Shown piece by piece: positions 1-8,886 of a stretch of DNA of 64,000 bases; within the stretch, counting starts at the first letter, position 1; each line of letters starts with the position of its first letter. A program made the position numbers and the translations under genes. This DNA is from Alphaproteobacteria bacterium (lineage in GTDB: Bacteria > Pseudomonadota > Alphaproteobacteria > Bin95), in contig OZ219785.1 of assembly GCA_964291285.2 (NCBI GenBank), positions 1,024,001 through 1,088,000 on the forward strand, given 5' to 3'. The notes below the pieces were generated by a model. The model did no database searches, was not told the DNA's origin, and worked only from the letters and a program-made list of their open reading frames with translations.

Positions 1-555
1 CTCATCGGGGCTGTGACCGTCGTGTTCGGCAACACGGTGGAGGGCGTGGCGACGCCGCTCGGCGGCTTCGACATCGGCGACTACAAGATGGCCAGCTACA
101 CGCTGGTGCTGATCTTCGCGGCAGCGCTTATCCTGGCCGCCATCTTTGCGGGGCTCAAATACACCCGCTTCGGGCTGATCGCGCGCTCGACCATGCAGAA
201 CCCGGGCATGGCCGAGGCGCTCGGCGTCAACTCCAAGCTGGTCTATATGGCGACCTTCGGCATCGGCGCGGCGCTGACCGGGCTGGCAGGCGGCCTGCTG
301 GCCCCGATCGCCGGTGTCGTGCCCAGCATGGGCGTCTATTTCATCGGGCAGGCCTTCATCACCGTGGTGACGGGCGGCTCGGCCATCGTCGCCGGCACGC
401 TCAGCGCCTCGACCATGCTCGGCACGCTCAGCCAGAGCGTCACCTTCCTGTCCGGGCCCGTGTTCGGCGATGCCGCGCTCCTGCTCGTCGCGCTCATCCT
501 GCTCCGGCTGCTGCCGCAGGGCATCACCGGGCGCATCTTCTCGCGCAGCCTCTGA
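1..555 (+). CDS. Branched-chain amino acid/urea-amide ABC transporter permease (LivH/UrtB-like), 5'-truncated by window edge
   Basis: Hydrophobic ORF with the motif TRFGLIARSTMQNPGMAEALGVN; frame is open to position 1. Confidence 0.88.
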   Translation, partial: LIGAVTVVFGNTVEGVATPLGGFDIGDYKMASYTLVLIFAAALILAAIFAGLKYTRFGLIARSTMQNPGMAEALGVNSKLVYMATFGIGAALTGLAGGLLAPIAGVVPSMGVYFIGQAFITVVTGGSAIVAGTLSASTMLGTLSQSVTFLSGPVFGDAALLLVALILLRLLPQGITGRIFSRSL

Positions 556-567
556 GGCGGGGACGGC

Positions 568-1584
568 ATGTCGGCACTCGGATACTGGCGCGGCGTTGCC
601 CTGGTGGCGGCGATTTTCCTCGCGATCCTGCTGTTCGTCCCGGCCTGGTTCGACCTCTTCGAAGTCCTGCAGATGACGCAGTACATCGTTCTGGCGATCT
701 ACGCGCTCAGCCTTGCCTACATATGGGGCTTCGGCGGCATCGTCAGCTTCGGCCAGGCGGGCTTTTTCGGCCTCGGCGGCTACGCCTTCGCGGTGACCTC
801 GATCAATATGGGCGACACCACGGTTCCCTTCCTGCTGACCATCGCGCTCTGCTTCGCCTTCGCGGCCGTACTCGGCTATTTCATGTTCTACGGGCGCCTC
901 AGCGACGTCTATCTCGGCGTCGTGACCCTGGTCGTCGCCCTCATCATGTGGAAGCTGATAAGCCACACGGCCGGGCCCGAATACGCCATCGGCAAGGCGC
1001 GGCTCGGCGGCTTCAACGGCATTCCCAGCATCCCGATCATGCGGGTGCCGTTCACGGACCGGGAAATGGATCCGGGGGAGATGTTCCAGTATTTCATGGG
1101 GCTGCTGATCTTCGTCTATCTGCTGCTCCATGTGCTGATCCGCTCCAAATTCGGCCGGATCGCCATCAGCATCCGCGAGAACGAGGTCCGGACGGGCCTG
1201 CTCGGCTACGACATCCGCCGCTACAAGCTGCTGGTGTTCTCCATCGGCGGCGCGCTCGGCGGGGCGTCGGGCGCCATGTGGGCCACCTACCAGACCTTCA
1301 TCGACCCGAACGCCTTCAGCCTCGAAATGTCGGCCAAATGCCTGATCTGGGTGATGGCCGGCGGCGTCGGCACGCTGGTCGGGCCCATCGTCGGCGTCGT
1401 GGCGCTCCAGTATCTTTCGCTCCGGCTCGGCGAGACGGCGTTCATCAACAATCTGGTGATCCTCGGCATCGTGCTGGTGCTGCTGGTGCTGCTCATGCCG
1501 CGCGGCATCGTGCCGACCCTGCATGACTGGCTGCGCAAGGCGTTCGCGCTCGTCCGGCCGCCGTCTCGCGGAGGCGCGCCGTGA
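568..1584 (+). CDS. ABC transporter permease (LivM/UrtC-like)
   Basis: WGFGGIVSFGQAGFFGLGGY and SKFGRIAISIRENE motifs; multi-TM. Confidence 0.9.
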   Translation: MSALGYWRGVALVAAIFLAILLFVPAWFDLFEVLQMTQYIVLAIYALSLAYIWGFGGIVSFGQAGFFGLGGYAFAVTSINMGDTTVPFLLTIALCFAFAAVLGYFMFYGRLSDVYLGVVTLVVALIMWKLISHTAGPEYAIGKARLGGFNGIPSIPIMRVPFTDREMDPGEMFQYFMGLLIFVYLLLHVLIRSKFGRIAISIRENEVRTGLLGYDIRRYKLLVFSIGGALGGASGAMWATYQTFIDPNAFSLEMSAKCLIWVMAGGVGTLVGPIVGVVALQYLSLRLGETAFINNLVILGIVLVLLVLLMPRGIVPTLHDWLRKAFALVRPPSRGGAP

Positions 1585-2318
1585 GCCCGGCATCCGAACC
1601 CATCCTGGCCACGTCCAGCCTCACCATGCGCTTCGGCGGCGTGGTGGCGGTGGACGATGTCGATTTCAGCCTCGCGCCGGGCGAGCTGCGCTGCCTGATC
1701 GGGCCGAACGGCGCGGGCAAGAGCACCTTCTTCAAGTGCCTCACCGGGCAATTGCGGCCCAGCAGCGGCTCCATCCTGTTCAACGGCGAAGAGATCGGCG
1801 GCCGCCACACCCACGAGATCGTCGCGCGCGGCATCGGCATCAAGACGCAGGTGCCGAACCTGTTCGAGGGCCTCTCGGCCTATGAGAACGTCAGCCTCGC
1901 GGCCAGCCGCAGGAACCGGGCGGACCGGGCGGCGGAGATTGCCGCCGAGATGCTGGAACTCATGCAGATTCCGGAGATCGCGGGCGAGGCGGTCGGCACG
2001 CTCGCCCACGGCCAGCGCCAACTGGTGGAACTCGCCATGGTGCTCGCCGGCCGGCCGCGCCTGGTGCTGCTCGACGAGCCGGCGGCGGGCATGGCGGGCG
2101 AGGAGCGCGCGCGCCTCGCCGGCGTGGTGCGAAGCCTCGCCGGCGACAACACGCTGATCGTCGTCGAGCACGATATGGACTTCATCAAGGACATCGCCAG
2201 CACGGTCACCGTGTTCCACCGCGGGCGCATCTTCATCGAGGGCCATGTCGAGGAGATCATGGCGCATTCGGAGGTGCAGGAGATCTATCTCGGGAAGGAG
2301 ACGAATGCCGCTGCTTGA
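1581..2318 (+). CDS. ABC transporter ATP-binding protein (LivG/UrtD-like)
   Basis: Walker A GPNGAGKST, LLDEP, VEHD; GTGA overlap with upstream gene. Confidence 0.92.
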   Translation: MSPASEPILATSSLTMRFGGVVAVDDVDFSLAPGELRCLIGPNGAGKSTFFKCLTGQLRPSSGSILFNGEEIGGRHTHEIVARGIGIKTQVPNLFEGLSAYENVSLAASRRNRADRAAEIAAEMLELMQIPEIAGEAVGTLAHGQRQLVELAMVLAGRPRLVLLDEPAAGMAGEERARLAGVVRSLAGDNTLIVVEHDMDFIKDIASTVTVFHRGRIFIEGHVEEIMAHSEVQEIYLGKETNAAA

Positions 2319-3021
2319 GATACGAGGCCTGCGGGCGACCTACGGGCCGGTTCCGGTCCTGCACGGTATCGAGCTCGATGTCGGGGAGGGGGAGCTCGTC
2401 GGCGTCCTCGGCCACAACGGCATGGGCAAGACCACCCTGCTGCGCGCGATCATGGGCTTCGTCAATGTCAGCGGCGGCTCCATCCGCTTCGACGGGCGGG
2501 AAATCCAGCGGCTGGCGACCTGGCGGCGCGCGCGGCTCGGCATGGCGCTCGTGCCGCAGGGACGCGAGATCTTCCCCAACCTCTCCGTGCGGGAGAACAT
2601 GCTGGTCGGGGTGCCGCGCGGCGAGGAGCCGGAGGCGCGCATCGAGGAGATCCTCGGCTACTTCCCGCGCCTCACCGAGCTCCTGGACCGCCGGGGCGGC
2701 GCGCTCAGCGGCGGGGAGCAGCAATTGCTGGCGCTCGCGCGCTGCCTCTGCGCGCGCCCGTCCATGATCCTGCTGGACGAGCCGACCGAGGGCATACAGC
2801 CCTCCATCATCCAGGACATCGCCGCCGTCATCGGGGAATTGCGGGCCCGGCAGAAGCTGACGATCGTGCTCGTCGAGCAGAACCTGGACTTCATCGCCGC
2901 GCTGGCCGAGCGCGTGCTAATCCTGCAAAAGGGTGAGATCACCCGCCAGGTCGACAGCCGCGACCTGGGCAATGCCGAGATGATGAGCGCCTATACGGGC
3001 TTCAGCACTCCGGCAGCGTGA
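2305..3021 (+). CDS. ABC transporter ATP-binding protein (LivF/UrtE-like)
   Basis: GHNGMGKTT, LSGGEQQ, LLDEPTEG; start moved to ATG 2305 after AAGGAG RBS. Confidence 0.92.
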   Translation: MPLLEIRGLRATYGPVPVLHGIELDVGEGELVGVLGHNGMGKTTLLRAIMGFVNVSGGSIRFDGREIQRLATWRRARLGMALVPQGREIFPNLSVRENMLVGVPRGEEPEARIEEILGYFPRLTELLDRRGGALSGGEQQLLALARCLCARPSMILLDEPTEGIQPSIIQDIAAVIGELRARQKLTIVLVEQNLDFIAALAERVLILQKGEITRQVDSRDLGNAEMMSAYTGFSTPAA

Positions 3022-3039
3022 CGTCGAGGGAGGAAGAAA

Positions 3040-4554
3040 ATGCCAGTTCAGATGCCGACTGCGGAGCAGCTGCGCGATGTCGCGGACGAGATGGGCCTGA
3101 CGCTCAGCGAGGATGACGTGCAGTCCTTCCTCGGCCTCATCGCCGGCAGCATCGAGGCCTACAACGTGGTTGACGGCCTTCCCGACAACCTGCCGCAAGT
3201 CCGCTATCCGCGCACTCCCGGCTACCGTCCGGAGGGCGAGGAGAACAAATACAACGCCTGGTACTACAAGACCCGCATCCAGGGCGCGGCAGGAGGCAAG
3301 CTGGAGGGCAAGACCGTCGCGCTCAAGGACAATGTGATGCTGGCCGGCGTGCCGATGATGAACGGCGCGGCCACGCTGGAAGGCTATGTGCCGGACATCG
3401 ACGCGACCATCGTCGAGCGGCTGCTGGACGCGGGCGCCACCATCGAGGGCAAGGCGCATTGCGAGAATTTCTGCCTCTCCGGCGGCAGCCACACCAATGC
3501 GACGGGCGCGGTCCACAACCCGCACCGCATGGGCTATTCCGCGGGCGGTTCGTCCTCCGGTTCGGCGGCGCTGGTGGCGGCCGGCGAGGTCGATATGGCC
3601 GTCGGCGGCGACCAGGGCGGGTCGATCCGCATGCCCGCCGCCTATTGCGGCATTTACGGCATGAAGCCGACGCACGGGCTCGTCCCCTATACCGGCATCA
3701 TGCCCATCGAGATCTATGTGGACCACACCGGGCCGATGACCGGCAACGTCCGCGACAATGCGCTGATGCTGGAGGCGATCGCCGGCCCCGACGGCGTGGA
3801 CCCGAGGCAATATGATGTCGAGACGCACCCCTATTCCGAACTGCTGGAAGGCGGCGTCGGCGGCATGAAGATCGGCGTGCTGCAGGAGGGCTTCGGCCAC
3901 CCGAACTCGGAAGCCGATGTGGATGCGGCCAACCGGGCGGCGGCGGACATTCTGGCCAAGCTCGGCGCGGAGGTCCGGGAGGTCTCGGTGCCGATGCACG
4001 CCATCGGCGCCGCGATCTGGACCCCGATCGGCGTCGAGGGGCTGACCGGCACCATGATGTGGGGCGACGGCTACGGCCACAGCCGCCAGGACCTCTATGT
4101 GACGAGCCTGATGGACTTCCACCACCGCTGGCGCGACCGGGCGGACCAGATGTCCGAGACAACCAAGCTGTTCACCATGCTCGGCACCTATATCCGCAAC
4201 CATTACGGCCTGCGCTACTACGGCAAGGGGGTGAACCTCTCGCGGCGGCTGGCGGCGGAATATGACAGGGTGCTGGCCGAGTGCGACCTGCTGCTGCTGC
4301 CGACCGTGCCGCTCAAGGCCACGCCGCTGCCGGGCCCCGAGGCCTCGCGCGAGGAATATGTGCAGCGCGCGCTCGAGATGATCGGCAACACCGCGCCCTT
4401 CGACATCACCCACCATCCGGCGATGTCGCTGCCCTGCGGCATGGGCGACGGGCTGCCCATCGGCATGATGCTGGTCGGCAGGCGCTACGCCGAGCCCGCC
4501 ATCTACCGGGCCGCCTACGCCTTCGAGCAGGCCGAGGACTGGAAGAGCCTCTGA
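3040..4554 (+). CDS. Amidase signature family enzyme (aliphatic/nitrile-pathway amidase-like), 504 aa
   Basis: LKDN (catalytic Lys), GGSSSGS, GGDQGGSIRMP (Ser-cisSer-Lys triad); GAGGAAG RBS. Confidence 0.93.
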   Translation: MPVQMPTAEQLRDVADEMGLTLSEDDVQSFLGLIAGSIEAYNVVDGLPDNLPQVRYPRTPGYRPEGEENKYNAWYYKTRIQGAAGGKLEGKTVALKDNVMLAGVPMMNGAATLEGYVPDIDATIVERLLDAGATIEGKAHCENFCLSGGSHTNATGAVHNPHRMGYSAGGSSSGSAALVAAGEVDMAVGGDQGGSIRMPAAYCGIYGMKPTHGLVPYTGIMPIEIYVDHTGPMTGNVRDNALMLEAIAGPDGVDPRQYDVETHPYSELLEGGVGGMKIGVLQEGFGHPNSEADVDAANRAAADILAKLGAEVREVSVPMHAIGAAIWTPIGVEGLTGTMMWGDGYGHSRQDLYVTSLMDFHHRWRDRADQMSETTKLFTMLGTYIRNHYGLRYYGKGVNLSRRLAAEYDRVLAECDLLLLPTVPLKATPLPGPEASREEYVQRALEMIGNTAPFDITHHPAMSLPCGMGDGLPIGMMLVGRRYAEPAIYRAAYAFEQAEDWKSL

Positions 4555-4584
4555 GAGAAACGCGATCACGGGAGGAACGGGCCG

Positions 4585-6099
4585 ATGACGATTCAGGGTC
4601 CCAAAGCGTCGGAACTGCAGGAACTCGGCCGCTCGCTCGGCTTCGGCCTGACCGATGAGGAAGCCCGGGAATACAGCGAACTGCTTGCCCCCCTGGCCGC
4701 CATGGCCGACGCGCAGCAGAAAATGCCGGACTACCTGCCGACGGTGAAATATCCGCGCACGCCCGGCTACCGTCCGGAGGGCGAGGAGAACAAATACAAC
4801 GCCTGGTACTAAAAGAGCCGGATCGAGGGCGCGGCGGAGGGCCCGCTCAGGGGCAAGACGGTCGCGCTCAAGGACAACATCATGCTGGCCGGCGTGCCGA
4901 TGATGAACGGGACCTCGATCCTCGAGGGCTATGTCCCGGAGGTCGATGCGACCATCGTGACGCGCCTGCTGGACGCCGGCGCCACGATCCTCGGCAAGGC
5001 GCATTGCGAGAACTACTGCCTCTCCGGCAGCAGCCATAGCAATGCGACCGGCCCCTGCCACAACCCCCACCGGATGGGCTACAGCGCCGGCGGCTCCTCT
5101 TCCGGCAGCGCCGCGCTGGTGGCGGCCGGCGAGGTCGATATGGCCATTGGCGGCGACCAGGGCGGCTCGATCCGGATGCCGGCCTCCTTCTGCGGCATCT
5201 ACGGCATGAAGCCGACCCACGGCCTCGTGCCCTATACCGGCGTGCTCGGCATCGAAGCGGGCATCGATCATGTGGGGCCGATGACGGCGACCGTCGCCGA
5301 CAACGCGCTCATGCTGGAGGCCATTGCGGGCGCCGACGGCATAGACGGAAGGCAGCGCGATCTGGTCACGCACCCCTATTCGGAGATGCTGGAGGGCGGC
5401 GTCTCGGGCCTCCGGATCGCGGTGATCGAGGACGGGTTCGACCATCCGGGCTCTGAGGCGGAGTCCGATGCGGTCGTCCGCGCGGCCTGCGCGAAGTTCA
5501 GCGAACTCGGCGCGGAGGTCGAGACCATCTCCTTCCCGCTACACCGCGAGGCCGCGGTCATGTATTTCCCGGCGCTCGCTGAGGGGCTGGCGCGGGAGAT
5601 GATGCTGCAGGGCGGCGTCTTCTACGGCCTGCCCGGCCTGTATGTCGGCGGCGCGCTGGAGCGCAGCAACCGCTGGATGGAACGCGCGCACGAACTGCCG
5701 CCGACGGTCCGCGCCTTCACCCTGCTCGGGGCCTGGTACATGGAAGCCCTGAACGGGCGCATCTACGCCAAGGGCATGAACCTCCAGCGCAAGGCGAAGG
5801 ACGGCTTCGCGCGCCTGATGGAGAGCTACGACCTGCTGCTGATGCCGACCACGCCGCTGGTGGCGCAGGCGATGCCGGGGCCGGACGCCTCGATCACCGA
5901 ATACTGCATGCACGCCTGGAACATGCTGGCCAACTGTCCGACCTACAACTACACCGGCCAGCCCTCCATGTCGGTGCCCTGCGGCATGGTGGACGGCCTG
6001 CCGGCCGGGCTGATGATTACCGGGCGCTGGTGGGACGAGCCGACGATCTACAGGGCGGCGGCGGCCTTCGAGGCGAACTACGACTGGCGCGCTCTCTGA
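4585..6099 (+). pseudogene. Second amidase paralog interrupted by in-frame TAA at 4810-4812
   Basis: ORFs 4585-4812 and 4882-6099 are in one frame; the TAA aligns with a TAC (Tyr) of the first paralog; span is 1515 nt, identical to paralog 1. Confidence 0.85.
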
Positions 6100-6126
6100 C
6101 GGGGCGGCGGTTGGCTCCCTGAGCGG

Positions 6127-7509
6127 TTACTGCGCGGCGGCGGGCCGGGCGGCGAGCGAGCTTGAGGTCGCGTAGTCGAGGTCCCTCGGGAAGCCTTCCA
6201 TCGAGCGCTGCACGGCGGTCTCCAGCCGGCCGAGCGTCTCGTCGATCTCCGCCTCGGTGATGATGAGCGCCGGGCAGACGCGGATGAAGTTCTTGACCGC
6301 GATGGTGGCCAGCCCCTCGAGCAGCGCGTTGTAGCGGATGCGCTCCGCCATCGCCGGGTCCGGGCGGCGGCTCTCCGGCGTCTCGACGATGTCCAGCAGG
6401 TAGTAGAGGCCCTCGCCCCGCACATCGCCGACGACATCGTATTTCCGCTGGATCGCCTCCAGCCCGGCGCGGAGCCTCGCGCCCTTGGCGGCCGCCTGTT
6501 CCGCCAGATTGTCGCGCAGCACGATCTGGAGCTGCTTCAGCGCGACGGCGGCGGGCAGCGGGTCGCCGGAATAGGTGCCGCCCCAGGGCAGGCCCGCCTT
6601 GCCGCGCGCCTCCTCCGCGATTTCCGGCGTCGTAACGGTCCCGGCGATGCCCATGCCGGCGGTCATGCCCTTTCCGAAGGAGACGATGTCCGGCGTGACA
6701 TCGTATTGCTCGAAGGCCCAGATACTGCCGGTCTTGGCGGGTGCCAGCTGCGCCTCGTCCAGCATCAGCAGCGCCCCCCAGCGGTCGGCCATCGCGCGCA
6801 GGCGCGGCAGCCATTCGGGCGGCGGCACCACCATGCCGCCCGCCACGGGGATCGTCTCGGCCATGATGAGCGCGAGGTTTCGGCTGGTGATGTGCTCCAT
6901 CAACTCCTCGCTGTGGTCGAGGCAGGCGACATTGCAGCCGGGATATTCGAGGTTGACGGGGCAGCGGTAGCAGAGCGGGGCGTAGATCGCGTTTCGGTGG
7001 GACGGCATCATCAGCGGCCCCAGATGCGCCTTGCGCCCGCCGCCGACGCTGGTGACGGCCTCGGCCGCCAGGCTGCCGCCATGCAGGCCGCGGATGACCG
7101 ACACGATGTCGTAGCGCCCGGTGACGCCGAGCGCCATGCGCATGGCGATTTCGTTGGCCTCCGAGCCCGTGACAGCGAAGTTCACCACCTTCAGGTCGCC
7201 CGGAAGGGTGCCCGCGATCAGCTCTGCGAACTCGATCAGCCAGGGGTTGGAATACCAGGAGGAGGTATGGACCAGCTTGTCCGCCTGCTCCCGGATCGCC
7301 TCGGTCAGTTCCGGGTGGCTGTGGCCCAGCACCATGCACATCATGCCGGCGGTGAGGTCGAAATATTCGTTGCCGTCCACGTCCTTCAGTACGATCCCCC
7401 GGCCGCTCTCGAAGATCACCCTGGGCTCGTAGCGCCAGCCGTAGATATAGGCTTCGTCACGGGCCATCAGCTCGTGGTGCATGTTCGAGAACTGGAAGCT
7501 CTTCTCCAT
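6127..7509 (-). CDS. Class III PLP-dependent aminotransferase
   Basis: LGHSHP, TGSEANE, DEAQ, FGKG (PLP Lys); start at ATG 7509 after GGAGG. Confidence 0.92.
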   Translation of the reverse strand: MEKSFQFSNMHHELMARDEAYIYGWRYEPRVIFESGRGIVLKDVDGNEYFDLTAGMMCMVLGHSHPELTEAIREQADKLVHTSSWYSNPWLIEFAELIAGTLPGDLKVVNFAVTGSEANEIAMRMALGVTGRYDIVSVIRGLHGGSLAAEAVTSVGGGRKAHLGPLMMPSHRNAIYAPLCYRCPVNLEYPGCNVACLDHSEELMEHITSRNLALIMAETIPVAGGMVVPPPEWLPRLRAMADRWGALLMLDEAQLAPAKTGSIWAFEQYDVTPDIVSFGKGMTAGMGIAGTVTTPEIAEEARGKAGLPWGGTYSGDPLPAAVALKQLQIVLRDNLAEQAAAKGARLRAGLEAIQRKYDVVGDVRGEGLYYLLDIVETPESRRPDPAMAERIRYNALLEGLATIAVKNFIRVCPALIITEAEIDETLGRLETAVQRSMEGFPRDLDYATSSSLAARPAAAQ

Positions 7510-7604
7510 GGGTCCGGCCTCCTCCGCCTGCCGCGCCGGGCCATCATGGCACAGCCCGGCGCAACTTGCGCGCCTGCCGCCCCGCACCTATCTTCCGCTC
7601 CGCC

Positions 7605-7695
7605 GGGGAGGTGGCCGAGTGGCTGAAGGCGCACGCCTGGAACGCGTGTATACGGTAACCCCGTATCGTGGGTTCGAATCCCACCCTCTCCGCCA
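7605..7695 (+). tRNA. tRNA-Ser (anticodon GGA)
   Basis: Acceptor GGGGAGG/CCTCTCC plus GCCA end, anticodon arm CACGC-CTGGAAC-GCGTG, long variable arm, T-loop GTTCGAATC. Confidence 0.97.
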
Positions 7696-7716
7696 TAGTC
7701 GATGCTCTTTTTGTGG
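7686..7716. repeat. attL: tRNA 3' direct repeat plus left inverted repeat (ATAGTCGATGCTCTTTTTGTGG)
   Basis: Reverse complement matches 23251-23273 with 1 mismatch and 1 indel in the A/T run. Confidence 0.85.
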
Positions 7717-7934
7717 GAATTCGGCATCCTCCAAGTCATTGGAATTCCGGACTTCATGATTCGGCAAAACCGCCTTTCGGGGCGCACTCGAAAACTTGAG
7801 TGGGGTTGCCGCACCCTAACATGCGAGTTTTCCCGGAACAGGCGGGTCTGGGTGTTCCTTGCGGACTTTCGGCCGCCCTGTCAGGCCGGCACGAGCGCTG
7901 TCATGGCCTCGGCGATGCCGCCGGGCTCTTTCGC

Positions 7935-8808
7935 TCAGAAGGCGACATTCGCGCCGGCCAGAAGGATGTTGGACCGGGCGCTGCGGTCGCTGTGCGTGCG
8001 GGTATTGTCCACTTTCCTTTTGCCGTCTGTCCCCATGGCCATGATGCTGCCGCCGCTGATGAAGTTCAGCGGCACATAGCCGGCGGTCCGCACGACCTCC
8101 GCAAACAGCTTCACGCTCGGTTCGACGAACCAGGCAACGCCCAGCACGATCTGGTCCTGCTTCTCCCAGGGCGCGCCGCCCGGTCCGGCCGTGAAGCGGC
8201 TGAACTCGACCGAAAGGTCCAGCGGCCCGCTGCCGGAATCGACCCGGTATCTGGCCCCGGCATCGAACGCCGTCACCTTGCTGGCGGCGAATTGCGGTAT
8301 GTCGGGGTTGAAGGTCCCCGGCCACACATCGGTCGTCCGGGCGAATTCCGCCTTGAAGGTGAAGGGGCCGTTGACGCGCCGCCCGTAAAAGGCCGACCGC
8401 CGGGTTGTTGTCCTGGCAGGGCTCGAAATGTTGCACGGGGTAGTCCTGGCAGTAGGCCGAGCCGCGCTGGTATGAGCCGCCCAGGAGAGCCGTTCCCACC
8501 GTCTCCAGCCGGAATTCGTAGCTCGTATCGACGGCAAAACTGTTCAGCCTGCCGGGAACGGCGGTCCCCTTCACCGGCGTGTTCGCCGCGCGGAACTGGG
8601 CCCCGCCCTGTATGCCCATCAGGGCGAGGGTCCCGTCCCGCTTGCGCTCCAGCACAAGGCGTTCCTTGCGGTTGATGCCTTCCGTCGGGTCGAGGAGTTC
8701 ATAGGCGAGGCGCGCCTCGGTGCGGACGAAGCCGGCCGGGGCCTTCGCGGCAGCGACGGGAGCGGGAACGGCGGCGGCGGAGGGTGGTGCGGGCTCGCGG
8801 GCCTGCAC
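7935..8808 (-). pseudogene. Frameshifted/truncated outer-membrane beta-barrel (porin-like) protein
   Basis: C-terminal part (7935-~8395) has amphipathic strands ending in terminal Phe (LLAGANVAF); N-terminal part is in another frame (SAYCQDYPVQHFEPC); no signal peptide. Confidence 0.6.
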
Positions 8809-8886
8809 CGTCCAAAAGTTGAACCGGGGCCGGGGCGAAGCGGTCGACGCCGGGTCTCGAGGGATCGCAAATCTCAGCCGTTGGTA

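Noticed and set aside
4810-4812. Programmed recoding (Sec/Pyl) of the amidase stop
   Set aside because: Codon is TAA, not TGA or TAG, and it aligns with a non-catalytic Tyr
2917-5445. Long antisense and alternate-frame ORFs (842 aa here; also 8699-11440, 10081-12147, 58823-61072, 61265-63583)
   Set aside because: Shadow ORFs of high-GC genes; Arg/Pro/Gly-rich, no motifs, and they overlap well-supported genes
7717-7934. Integrase next to the tRNA
   Set aside because: No ORF with tyrosine or serine recombinase motifs here or elsewhere in the island
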